NCBI GenBank assembly: GCA_029856105.1
Contig: JAHQWH010000219.1
Location: 1 to 14,608 of the forward strand
Reading direction: 5' to 3'
Length of the DNA stretch: 14,608 bases
Source of the DNA: Promethearchaeia archaeon
Lineage (GTDB): Archaea > Asgardarchaeota > Lokiarchaeia > Sigyniarchaeales > SOKP01
In this document: positions 1 through 8,878 of the stretch, piece after piece
Position numbering within the stretch: the first letter of the stretch is position 1
How the letters are laid out: the number at the start of each line of letters is the position of its first letter
Position numbers and translations under genes: made by a program
The notes under the pieces: generated by a model
Seen by the model: only the letters and a program-made list of their open reading frames with translations
Told to the model about the DNA's origin: nothing
Database searches by the model: none

Positions 1-414
1 ACCTGGTACACCAAGTGTTATAACAAAAGACTCACTTGTGTGGAACCATAGAAAGTATTCGAATACTATTCCTAAGATTATAAAAACTCCAACTAAGATC
101 CACTTTTTTTTTGGTACTAAAAGCGAACCACCAAGATACATAGAAAAAATCAGTGCTGGTGCAACCCACAAATAACTTAATATCGCGTAAAATTCAATCG
201 GTGTTATATTTGTTTCAAAGAAATAAACCAAAATAAAATCTAAAGTAGGACCAGACCAAAATGCTCCAATAAAAAACATGGTAAAAGCGGCTACTATTAA
301 GAGTTTTGCTTTTAATTTAATTGCTTTATATAAAGATAATAAAGCAAAAATCGTAGCTGATAAAAGGATACCCGATGCCGTCAAACCATCTATTAAACCT
401 AACGCATCAACCAT
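1..414 (-). CDS. Polytopic membrane protein, 3'-truncated by the window edge (hypothetical; possibly 7TM sensor-like)
   Basis: Not in the ORF track. Manual translation from ATG at 414 is open to position 1 (138 codons): MVDALGLIDGLTASGILLSATIFALLSLYKAIKLKAKLLIVAAFTMFFIGAFWSGPTLDFILVYFFETNITPIEFYAILSYLWVAPALIFSMYLGGSLLVPKKKWILVGVFIILGIVFEYFLWFHTSESFVITLGVPG. About 4 hydrophobic segments with Lys-rich loops. Confidence 0.8.
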   Translation of the reverse strand, partial: MVDALGLIDGLTASGILLSATIFALLSLYKAIKLKAKLLIVAAFTMFFIGAFWSGPTLDFILVYFFETNITPIEFYAILSYLWVAPALIFSMYLGGSLLVPKKKWILVGVFIILGIVFEYFLWFHTSESFVITLGVPG

Positions 415-677
415 TTTGATATCAAATCTTTTTTTTTTAAAAATATTTAAATTGTATATATTATATTGTGGATTTTGTATTTATATTTATAATTATTTCT
501 TGTATGAATTCAAACTTTTTTTCTTATTTCTTAATAAATCGAATAATTACTATTTCATTCAAAATAATCCTTTATTTTATAAAAACAGATAATTTATATA
601 GCAAATTGATATAAAGTAATATTAAAATTTAATTCTATAAATTCAACAAAAACTATCAAAATTTTAGAGGTTTTATT

Positions 678-3272
678 ATGAGAAATCTAACAAAAAAAGC
701 AGTAACAAAATTGTCAGTTTTTATTCCGCTTACTATCGTATTAATGACTATCTTTTCTTTGCCCTTAATGGGTATACCCCCATTAGGAAATCTCCTATTT
801 CCCGGAAACGGAGTATGGAAAGTCCCAGGGGAGCTTCCAGTGGTAGAGTGGTTAAACATTCCGGGTTTAAGAGGGGAAGTAACCGTTATACGGGATGAAT
901 GGGGCATACCTCATATTTATGCTTCTTACGAGGAAGATCTCTTTTTTGCTCAAGGTTATTGTCATGCTCAGGATAGATTCTTCCAAATGGATATGACACG
1001 TCGTCAAGTACGAGGAAAGTTGTCAGAAGTACTAGGTGAGGATTTATTAACTGTAGATAAATTCATGCTTGCTATCGGAATGGAAGATTGGGCAATTAAA
1101 ACCGACCAATTGTTTAGGGAAATGCATAATAATGGAACGCTTGAATACTTTAGTTCATTTGAAAGGTATGTAGATGGGATAAATCATTACATTGGGTCGC
1201 AGGAAGATGTCAAACCATTAGAATATCATTTGATGGGCTTCGAACCTACTGAATGGAGTACTATTGATACTTTATGTTTAGTCCAAGAAATGGCGAGGCA
1301 AATGTCTTGGAATTACCATGATTTGGATAGATACACCACTCTACTTGCTTTGAATAACATTAATCTTACTTATTATAACGAATTATTTGGCCTTACTTTA
1401 CCGTACCAAATTCCTATTGTCCCTGACTACGGAGAATTCCCAGAAAGTCCAATGAAAGCTGGGTTTGAATTAAATCCTAGTTTTGCTTTAAAAACAGAAA
1501 TTCAGAACTTCCTAAATAATGTCCAAAAAATAGATTCGGAGAAAACCTTGATGGAAAACCAAAAAGATCAAATAATTGGTTCAAACAATTGGGTTGTAAA
1601 TGGCACTTTAAGCAATACCGGCTCACCAATCCTATGCAACGATATGCACCTTGGTTGGATGATGCCCGGAGTATGGTATGAGCAGCATTTAAAAGCTGAA
1701 GATACTGGATTTCATGTATATGGATTTGCAATACCTGGAATGCCTGGTGTTGCCGTAGGACATAACGAAAGGGTCGGTTGGGGTTTTACTAACACAGGAT
1801 ACGATGTTTTAGATTGGTACTATTATAACACGGACGGATCAGATCAATACATCTACAACGGGACTTCAACTGCCTATACTGAAAAAAGTTATATCATCAA
1901 TGTTAAAGGTCAAGAATCTGTAGAGTTCACTGTTAGACATACTGTTCACGGACCTGTATTAAGCGATTTACGCGATTTTGGATTGCCTCAATCTTTAGGA
2001 GATATAGTTTTAGCACCAAAATGGACTGCTAACGGTTATTTCTTCACCATACTTGCAGGTAATGGTTTCGTCCGAGCGGAAAATAGAGAAGATTTTGACG
2101 AAGCTTCAAAAGACTGGACACTTCTCGCACAAAATATAGTTTATGCAGATGTCGATGGAAATATTGCTATTCGACCAACAGGAAAAGTTCCAATTCGAGA
2201 CGATTCAAAAATTCCTTTGGGCCATCTTGGTAACGGAACTATTCCATACAACGGTTCCAATGGGGAAGGAGAATGGATTGGTTATATACCCTTCGAAGAT
2301 TTGCCTAATTCTCTAAATCCAAATCAGAAATATTTAGCGTCCGCTAATCAAATCGTAGCAGGACCTGAGTACAATAGCTATTTCTTACAAAACGAATACG
2401 CAGACGGATATAGAGCCAGAAGGATAAATGAACTACTTATGAATGCTGCTGATGGATCTATAAGCGTTGAAAGCATGAAAACCATCCAAAATGACGTGAA
2501 TTCAACGGCTGCGAGAGCTTTTATTCCGGAGTTAATTGAAGTTATTAACGATTATTATGGTCCTACACCTCCTATAAAAATAAATAATGTTCTCACAGAA
2601 TTAGAAAGTTGGCAATTTGTAATGGATAAAGAAGAAGCTGCTCCAACTATTTACCGTAAATGGAGAGATAGTTTCCAAGATTTTACTTTTAATGATGAAA
2701 AGGAAACATATAATTTTACTGCACGAACAAGAATAGTTGTATTGGAATATTTAATGAAAGAAAACGAATCTTCCCATTGGTTTGATAATGTTTCTACACC
2801 ATTGAAAATCGAGACCAGAAACGAGACAATGATGCTAGCATTAAACGCCACAATCGACTGGTTAGAAAGTTTTTATAGCTCTGAAGACCCATCAACTTGG
2901 AGGTGGGGCGATCTACATCAACTTTATTTTCCATCTCTTACGCAGTTAGATCCGCTAAGTAAAGGACCTTATGAAGCTGATGGAGAAGGGTACACCATCA
3001 ATCCGGCTGGGGTAAATATTGATAATGGAGTTGGAATCGCGAGAGGTGGAGCATCTGAACGCCTAATTATAGACTTTAGCAACTTAAATAACTCTTTAAG
3101 CGTTATTCCATCGGGACAACGAGGGCTTTCAAATTCAAAACATTATTCAGATCAACTAGAACAACTATTCTTACAAGGAAAATACCACTATCAATATTTT
3201 AAGAATACATTATATAACTTTCCCACTAGTTCAATTGAATCTCAATTATTTTTCTTTCCAATAGGAGGTTAA
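678..3272 (+). CDS. Penicillin acylase family (peptidase S45) Ntn-hydrolase with N-terminal membrane anchor
   Basis: Alpha-chain motif RDEWGIPHIYA...FFAQGYCHAQDRFFQMD; autocatalytic nucleophile motif GSNNWVV (Ser302, codon 1581-1583); NDMHL, ASANQ, WRWGDLH, PSGQRG..SKHYSDQ. N-terminal hydrophobic helix; GAGG upstream of ATG. Confidence 0.95.
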   Translation: MRNLTKKAVTKLSVFIPLTIVLMTIFSLPLMGIPPLGNLLFPGNGVWKVPGELPVVEWLNIPGLRGEVTVIRDEWGIPHIYASYEEDLFFAQGYCHAQDRFFQMDMTRRQVRGKLSEVLGEDLLTVDKFMLAIGMEDWAIKTDQLFREMHNNGTLEYFSSFERYVDGINHYIGSQEDVKPLEYHLMGFEPTEWSTIDTLCLVQEMARQMSWNYHDLDRYTTLLALNNINLTYYNELFGLTLPYQIPIVPDYGEFPESPMKAGFELNPSFALKTEIQNFLNNVQKIDSEKTLMENQKDQIIGSNNWVVNGTLSNTGSPILCNDMHLGWMMPGVWYEQHLKAEDTGFHVYGFAIPGMPGVAVGHNERVGWGFTNTGYDVLDWYYYNTDGSDQYIYNGTSTAYTEKSYIINVKGQESVEFTVRHTVHGPVLSDLRDFGLPQSLGDIVLAPKWTANGYFFTILAGNGFVRAENREDFDEASKDWTLLAQNIVYADVDGNIAIRPTGKVPIRDDSKIPLGHLGNGTIPYNGSNGEGEWIGYIPFEDLPNSLNPNQKYLASANQIVAGPEYNSYFLQNEYADGYRARRINELLMNAADGSISVESMKTIQNDVNSTAARAFIPELIEVINDYYGPTPPIKINNVLTELESWQFVMDKEEAAPTIYRKWRDSFQDFTFNDEKETYNFTARTRIVVLEYLMKENESSHWFDNVSTPLKIETRNETMMLALNATIDWLESFYSSEDPSTWRWGDLHQLYFPSLTQLDPLSKGPYEADGEGYTINPAGVNIDNGVGIARGGASERLIIDFSNLNNSLSVIPSGQRGLSNSKHYSDQLEQLFLQGKYHYQYFKNTLYNFPTSSIESQLFFFPIGG

Positions 3273-3276
3273 AAAG

Positions 3277-3687
3277 ATGGAAATAGAAAGGAGAACTTTT
3301 TTCATAAGTGTAGTCGTTGTTTTATGTCTAACTATGCTATTAACACTAGTTCCGGTTTGGCAGTTAGTCATAATCCCCGGTATTATTGCGGGAATGCTTA
3401 ACAAATCGTTAAAATATGGCGTTCTAAGCGGTTTTATTGGAGTTACACTTTCGTGGGGGATTTATGTTTTAGTTGGAGTGGTTTCAAGAAACGCGTACAT
3501 TATACTTGATCAGTTTGGAGCGTTAATTTTTGGAGAAGGATTTGGTTGGTTAATTTTAACACTCATTATCCTTTTAGCGGCTATTTTTGGGGCTATGGGT
3601 GGCGGAATTGGCAACGGTTTCATGACTCTAATTAACGCTTACATAGAGAAGCATCCTTTTCGAGATTCAAAAACAAAATCAGAATAG
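3277..3687 (+). CDS. Small Gly-rich membrane protein (about 4 TM), probably co-transcribed with the acylase
   Basis: 136 aa, hydrophobic with GxxxG patterns; starts 4 nt after the acylase stop; SD GGAGGT lies inside the last acylase codons. Confidence 0.8.
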   Translation: MEIERRTFFISVVVVLCLTMLLTLVPVWQLVIIPGIIAGMLNKSLKYGVLSGFIGVTLSWGIYVLVGVVSRNAYIILDQFGALIFGEGFGWLILTLIILLAAIFGAMGGGIGNGFMTLINAYIEKHPFRDSKTKSE

Positions 3688-3710
3688 CAACATAAAGAAA
3701 ATTAAACAAA

Positions 3711-3726
3711 ATCTCTTTTTTTTTCA
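3711..3726 (+). terminator. Oligo-T archaeal-type terminator after the acylase operon
   Basis: T9 run (3716-3724) about 30 nt after the stop at 3687, between convergent genes. Confidence 0.4.
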
Positions 3727-3829
3727 TTCATTTTGATTTAATTTATCAATTTTCTAATTATTTAAATCATAGAGAAAAGTGTCGAATTAACCGGGATTCG
3801 AAAAATAGAATATTAATTTAACGCGTTTC

Positions 3830-4201
3830 CTAATCTAATAAAGCTGCAATTCTATTGGAAACGCTTTGGATGTTTAGAAAAACCATTCCTAGGCTAGCAT
3901 TAGCGCTACAAAGAGTGCATAAAATAGCATTTTCACCCGCTTTAGAGAGAATTATGATACCATTTAACCCTTCAATAAGTATTCTTTTTAATTCACCTCT
4001 CTCAAGCTCCTCAACTGCACGCTCTGAAACGCTCTGTATAGCGGCAGACATGGCAGAAACGATCCCATCGTTTACATTCCTACTCAAAACGGAACAAATT
4101 GGAAGCCCTTGAACACTAACTATTGCGGATCCTTCGATATCGCTATTTACAGCCGATAATTTTCTTAACAAATCCGTGAGCTCACTGATATTCTCAGACA
4201 A
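3830..4201 (-). CDS. Roadblock/LC7 (MglB/Ragulator-like) domain protein
   Basis: 123 aa with the roadblock pattern DIEGSAIVSVQGLPICS...VSAMSAAIQSVSERAVEELERGELKRILIEGLNGIIIL...ILCTL...LGMVFLNI. TTG start with SD AGGAGG at 4216-4211. Confidence 0.92.
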   Translation of the reverse strand: MSENISELTDLLRKLSAVNSDIEGSAIVSVQGLPICSVLSRNVNDGIVSAMSAAIQSVSERAVEELERGELKRILIEGLNGIIILSKAGENAILCTLCSANASLGMVFLNIQSVSNRIAALLD

Positions 4202-4427
4202 CCATGATTGCCTCCTTTCTTTTAAACGAAGGTTTCATTAACTAAATAATATTTTCACTCAATTACAAATCAACCTAGTAAGTGATAAATTATTAAGTTT
4301 TATGATATTAAATTTAACTTTATTTAATTATTAATGTTTACTTTATTTTTTTTATTTTTATTTTTTTATAAAATTTAATTGCTTATTTAAAAAATATTTT
4401 TATCAATTTTTACATTTACATATTTTA

Positions 4428-5399
4428 ATGACTGAGAATAATAATTTAAAAAATCAATCTGATAAAAAAAACAATAAAGAAGACGACGAAGAAGAGAAAA
4501 AACATAAAATCGAATCTCTTACTAAAGCTGGAAAGATTGCTCAAGAAGTAAAGAAGTACATTAAACCGCAAATACAAGTTGGAACAGTAGTGTTAAATTT
4601 AATTGAAAACACAGAGAAAAAAATCGTCGAATTAGGCGGAGGGTGGGCATTTCCCGTTAATGTTAGTATAAACAACATCGCAGCTCACTATACATCTCCG
4701 ATTAAGGATGATGATCTTACGATTAAAGAAGGAGATATTGTTAAAATCGATTTAGGCGTTCATATCGACGGATACATAGTAGACACAGCTTTTACAGTAA
4801 GTTTTAACGATGAGAAATCTCTTGAAAACATAATTCAAGCAACCGAAGTCGCTCTAGAAGCCGCAAAAATGATAGTTAAACCCAAAATCAACACGAAAGA
4901 ATTGGGTAAAAAAATCGAAGATATCGTAAAAGGTTTTAAATTTAATCCGATAAAAGAACTGGGTGGACATCAAATTGAAAGGTGGACCGTTCATGGAAAA
5001 AAACGATTGCCAGAATTAGGTACTCAAGGTGGAGATATAATGGAAGAAGGTGAAGTCTTTGCCATAGAAATATTTGCTTCGACGGGGGAAGGTACAGTTC
5101 ATAATACTAAATATTCTTATATTTACGAATTGAACCCATATTCAGGAAGAGTACCTCTACGTAGAAAATTATCTAAACAAATTTTAGGACACATAAATAA
5201 GAACTACAAAACGCTTCCTTTTGCAGAAAGATGGTTAGCAAAAGATTTTAGAATGGGAGTAATGTTTGGACTCCAAGAACTAGTACAACAAGGAAAAGTA
5301 CAAGTTCATTATGTATTAGCGGAACAAAAAGGAGAATTTGTAGCTCAAAGTGAACAAACGATTTTAATTACTGAAAATGGATTTAAACAGCTAACTTAA
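4428..5399 (+). CDS. map: Type II methionine aminopeptidase
   Basis: AFPVNVSINNIAAHYT, KIDLGVHIDGYIVDTAFT (two Asp ligands), GGHQI (His), FAIEIFAS (Glu), type II helical insert (YKTLPFAERWL), AQSEQT (Glu). Confidence 0.96.
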   Translation: MTENNNLKNQSDKKNNKEDDEEEKKHKIESLTKAGKIAQEVKKYIKPQIQVGTVVLNLIENTEKKIVELGGGWAFPVNVSINNIAAHYTSPIKDDDLTIKEGDIVKIDLGVHIDGYIVDTAFTVSFNDEKSLENIIQATEVALEAAKMIVKPKINTKELGKKIEDIVKGFKFNPIKELGGHQIERWTVHGKKRLPELGTQGGDIMEEGEVFAIEIFASTGEGTVHNTKYSYIYELNPYSGRVPLRRKLSKQILGHINKNYKTLPFAERWLAKDFRMGVMFGLQELVQQGKVQVHYVLAEQKGEFVAQSEQTILITENGFKQLT

Positions 5400-5436
5400 A
5401 AAGTTGAAACTTCAATAAAACAATGTTTGATTTTAG

Positions 5437-6546
5437 ATGAAAAAGCTAAAAATTTGTTTAGTATCATTAACAGTTTCTCCTGATAGCGCCGATGGAGAGG
5501 CAAAAGTCATCAGAGCAATTTTTGAATATCTAAAAAAGCAAGGACATAACGTAAAATTAATTACTGGTAAATGGAACAAAGATTTAGACGACCCAGATAT
5601 CGTTCAGTTTGATTTAATTAGAAAAAGATTTTTTTGGGCTCCAAATTTTTGTTACAAAGTAATTAAATTCTTAAGGAATAATAATTTCGACATCGTACAT
5701 GCTAACAGTGCCAAAGCAGCTTTGCCAATTATTTTATCTAATCAAAAAAGATTCATTTGCACGATCCACGATTTTACTCCTTTCGAAACAAAACTTACAA
5801 GAATTCCTTTAGAAAAGCTTTTGATAAAATATGTTTCAAAAAAAGCATCGTTAATAACTACTGTTTCTAATTATATAAAACAAGAATTTCAATACTTTAT
5901 TCCAAAAATAGATAAGAATAAAATTGTCACCATTTACAATGGCATTGAAGAAAAGTACAATCCTTACCCTATCGAAGCTCAAAGATTAAAGGAAAAATTA
6001 AACATTAAAGGCCCCGTTTTATTGTATATCGGAAGAATTGCTCCTTATAAAGGAGTTGGTAACATAATTGAAGCATATAAACTGGTTAAAAACGAAATTC
6101 CAAACCTTAATTTAGTTATTGGAGGTAGCCCAGATTATTTGATGGAAAAAGCGTACAATAATTGGAAAAATGAAAACAAAGACATTTATTTTATGGGATA
6201 TCTTCCAGAAGAAGAAGTCCCTTTTTATTATTCTATGGGAGATATTTTTATAACTTTTTCTTCATCTTCCGAAGGATTTGGATTAACTCCATTAGAAGCA
6301 ATCTCGTGTGGAACCCCCGTAATATGTTCCTCAATTTCAGTATATCGAGAGATTCTAAAGAACCATGCTTTGTTCGTCCCTCCTAAAGATTCGAAAAAAT
6401 TGGCTGAAAAAATAAAAATTCTCCTTAATAATAATGAATTAAGAAACGAAATAGTAAAAGGCGCTCAAGGTTTTATAAAAAAATACAGTTGGGACGCGGT
6501 TGGTAAAAGATTAGAAGAAGAATATGCAAAATTTTTGACTAATTAA
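5437..6546 (+). CDS. Glycosyltransferase family 4 (GT-B)
   Basis: DIVHAN, TIHD, IYNGI, YIGRIAPYKG and EGFGLTPLEAISCGTPVICS (EX7E motif). Confidence 0.93.
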   Translation: MKKLKICLVSLTVSPDSADGEAKVIRAIFEYLKKQGHNVKLITGKWNKDLDDPDIVQFDLIRKRFFWAPNFCYKVIKFLRNNNFDIVHANSAKAALPIILSNQKRFICTIHDFTPFETKLTRIPLEKLLIKYVSKKASLITTVSNYIKQEFQYFIPKIDKNKIVTIYNGIEEKYNPYPIEAQRLKEKLNIKGPVLLYIGRIAPYKGVGNIIEAYKLVKNEIPNLNLVIGGSPDYLMEKAYNNWKNENKDIYFMGYLPEEEVPFYYSMGDIFITFSSSSEGFGLTPLEAISCGTPVICSSISVYREILKNHALFVPPKDSKKLAEKIKILLNNNELRNEIVKGAQGFIKKYSWDAVGKRLEEEYAKFLTN

Positions 6547-7652
6547 CTCTCTTTTATTAAATTCTCCTTTACAATTTTAAAGCAAATTTCGTTAGGGTTT
6601 TCAAATTGCATAATTTTTTTTTTAAATGAATCGTTAAATCTGTCGTGATGAGGTTTTTCAGAAAGAATTTCTATAGACTTCCCAATTATTTTTTTAGATT
6701 CTTTTATGTGCTCTAATGGGAAACCATTTTTTATTAAAAAATGTTCCTGAGGGGCTGTATCTCCGGGAAAAAATTCAATGCTTGGCACATTTAATAAACT
6801 CGATTCACGAACGATCGTACCTCCACCACTGATTACTAACGCACTGAAATAACATAAATCGACCATATTAGGCATAAACCGCGTAATAATTACGTTGGAA
6901 TTATCAATATATTTTTTCAACTTTTTTTTCAGATATAGTTCTTGTTTTTCTGTTCTTACAATTAAAAAATATTTATGGTTTGGAAATTGATTAAATATTG
7001 TGGGAAAGAATTGACTAATTAACGTTTCTTCTGGTTTTAGTTTTCCTACGAAATAACTAGCAAATGAAGGTTCACTTCTAATAATGACGAATTTTCCCTT
7101 TTCTAAGTCGTTTTTTTCAAGTACATTGGGATTAGGGTCGTATTCTGAAAGCCAAGCAATCTCATCGATACCATTATATCTGATTAATCGTTCAGGATTG
7201 GCGTGGAGATGGAGATACAATTCTTCTGGTACACACATCGGAGTAATTATGTGATCTAAATATGGAAATATTTGCTTACACACCGGAACATTTCGAGGCT
7301 CGTCGTTATAACCTATTGAGGGAATGTTCAAACCGTAAGATATTCTAGTGCCTTCCACAGAAGAAAAAGTTACAAAATAGTCTGGAGCATATTTTATAAC
7401 ATATGGATATAGTTTAGACAAGCGATCGATGTAAGTTTTTAATTTATCTTCCAATTTTTCACCTCCGTGCTTCCCAACTTTCTGATACTTAACATGTAAG
7501 TCGTCCAAAATCTGAAAAGTAGAATCGTAATCTCGAGCAGTAATTAAAAGATCTGCCCCTTCCTTCTGAAATTTTTTTAGGAGACTATTAAACATGATTC
7601 CAGTTTTTGGTTCTTCTATGTCAATCCAAATTTTTTTGTTTAATAAACTCAT
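6543..7652 (-). CDS. DUF354 family GT-B-fold protein (glycosyltransferase/epimerase-like)
   Basis: KIWIDI, LITARDY, VGKHGG...KL, YNGIDEIAW, IIRSEPSFASY, ISGGGTIVRESSLLNVPSI resemble the archaeal DUF354 pattern. Its stop overlaps the convergent GT4 stop (TTAA 6543-6546). Confidence 0.82.
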   Translation of the reverse strand: MSLLNKKIWIDIEEPKTGIMFNSLLKKFQKEGADLLITARDYDSTFQILDDLHVKYQKVGKHGGEKLEDKLKTYIDRLSKLYPYVIKYAPDYFVTFSSVEGTRISYGLNIPSIGYNDEPRNVPVCKQIFPYLDHIITPMCVPEELYLHLHANPERLIRYNGIDEIAWLSEYDPNPNVLEKNDLEKGKFVIIRSEPSFASYFVGKLKPEETLISQFFPTIFNQFPNHKYFLIVRTEKQELYLKKKLKKYIDNSNVIITRFMPNMVDLCYFSALVISGGGTIVRESSLLNVPSIEFFPGDTAPQEHFLIKNGFPLEHIKESKKIIGKSIEILSEKPHHDRFNDSFKKKIMQFENPNEICFKIVKENLIKES

Positions 7653-7714
7653 CTTAAGATCATTTTTCTTAGTGTTAAATTGAATAATTTCATTAAGTTG
7701 GAATTGTTAATTTT

Positions 7715-8470
7715 TTATTTCCAATCTTTAGGAATTTTTTTTAATAACTTTGCTGGGTTTCCTACAACAATGTCGTTTTCTTCAGTATTTTTTGTAACTA
7801 CAGATCCTGCTCCAACGATCGTTCCCCTTTTTAAAGTAATTCCCGGCATAATTATTGAGTTTGCCCCCAGAGAAACGTAATCTTCAATTTTAGGTCCGTC
7901 TAAATTAAAATCTTTACGCATCATATATTTATCATTTGTTAGTTTGCTATACGGACCCATAAATACGTTGTTTCCAATTTTAGAGTATAAAGGAATGTAA
8001 ACTCCTGTTTGAATACTTACATTGTTTCCTATAACTACGTTTCCATCTATAATCGTGTTAGTACCTATTAGAGTGCTGTTTCCTACGGAAGTTTTTTCTC
8101 TAATCATAACATTATGTCCCGTCTGGCATTTGTCCCCGATAATAACTTCAGAATATATTATAGAACCCGCTCTGATGGTGCATTCCTTTCCTATTGTAAT
8201 TATTGGGCTCTCAAAATTTGTAATCTCTTTCTTTTCTTTTATAATGGCTGTTAAATCCGCTCTCTGTGGATGTCCAATAATACAATTCTCGCCTACATAA
8301 GTCTCTGAGCGAATCAAAGCATTTCCATAAATTTTAACTCCCTTGGAAATATAAACATCATTTTCTATTCTAACTCCTTTTCCAATTGCTGTAAAATCAT
8401 CAATAAATGCAGTCTCGTGGATATATGCTTTTTCGTGGATAAAAGATAAATTTTTTCTTTCAAGTTTCAC
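7715..8470 (-). CDS. Hexapeptide-repeat (left-handed beta-helix) acyltransferase, probably a sugar N-acetyltransferase (WbpD-like)
   Basis: Extensive [LIV]-G-x4 repeats, TNDKY, and C-terminal IVGAGSVVTKN...VVGNPAKLLK; GTG start. Confidence 0.88.
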   Translation of the reverse strand: MKLERKNLSFIHEKAYIHETAFIDDFTAIGKGVRIENDVYISKGVKIYGNALIRSETYVGENCIIGHPQRADLTAIIKEKKEITNFESPIITIGKECTIRAGSIIYSEVIIGDKCQTGHNVMIREKTSVGNSTLIGTNTIIDGNVVIGNNVSIQTGVYIPLYSKIGNNVFMGPYSKLTNDKYMMRKDFNLDGPKIEDYVSLGANSIIMPGITLKRGTIVGAGSVVTKNTEENDIVVGNPAKLLKKIPKDWK

Positions 8471-8533
8471 TTTTCAAGCTTCACTTTAAATTAGTATTTA
8501 GTTGAATTATTTCTTAAAATAATATTAACTTAA

Positions 8534-8827
8534 TCATTTTCCACATTTACAAGGGGAAGAGTTGCATTTTTTGCATTTATGTGGATATTTACTAATTAAT
8601 GCTTTTTCCATATCAACTTCTAATAAATTTGCTATGGAAACAGTCCATGCGATAATATCAGCTAATTCCTCTGAAGCTTCTTCTTTATCTATATTTTGGG
8701 AATTTAATAACGTAGCTAGCTCCCCAATTTCTTCTATCAACCAGATAAATGTACTTTTAACCCCTCTATTTAAGTCCTTTTGATAATAGAGCTTCTTTAT
8801 TAAATCCTGGAAATCTGAAATATTCAT
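8534..8827 (-). CDS. MazG-like nucleotide pyrophosphohydrolase with Cys-rich C-terminus
   Basis: WLIEEIGELA...EELADIIAW (EExxE...ExxD metal motif); C-terminal KYPHKCKKCNSSPCKC. Confidence 0.9.
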   Translation of the reverse strand: MNISDFQDLIKKLYYQKDLNRGVKSTFIWLIEEIGELATLLNSQNIDKEEASEELADIIAWTVSIANLLEVDMEKALISKYPHKCKKCNSSPCKCGK

Positions 8828-8878
8828 AATTTAAAAAAATAATTTTCTAGAAAAGATTTTAATTTTTTTTATAAAAAA

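Noticed and set aside
278-592. 104-aa + strand ORF
   Set aside because: Antisense shadow of the 1-414 membrane gene running into AT-rich intergenic DNA; no recognisable motifs.
656-2851. Minus-strand ORFs 656-907, 1477-1731 and 2651-2851
   Set aside because: Antisense to the well-supported acylase gene; no motifs.
3258-3272. Acylase ends in ...PIGG, resembling a ubiquitin/SAMP-like di-glycine terminus
   Set aside because: The GGA GGT codons double as the SD of the next gene, and there is no beta-grasp domain.
3782-3801. Hairpin TCGAAT-N8-ATTCGA downstream of the roadblock gene, considered as SECIS or sRNA
   Set aside because: Only a 6-bp stem, no SECIS core, and no in-frame TGA selenoprotein candidate in the window.
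3855-4112. 85-aa + strand ORF
   Set aside because: Antisense shadow of the roadblock gene.
7680-8783. Plus-strand ORFs 7680-7880, 8022-8300 and 8562-8783
   Set aside because: Antisense shadows of the acyltransferase and MazG genes.
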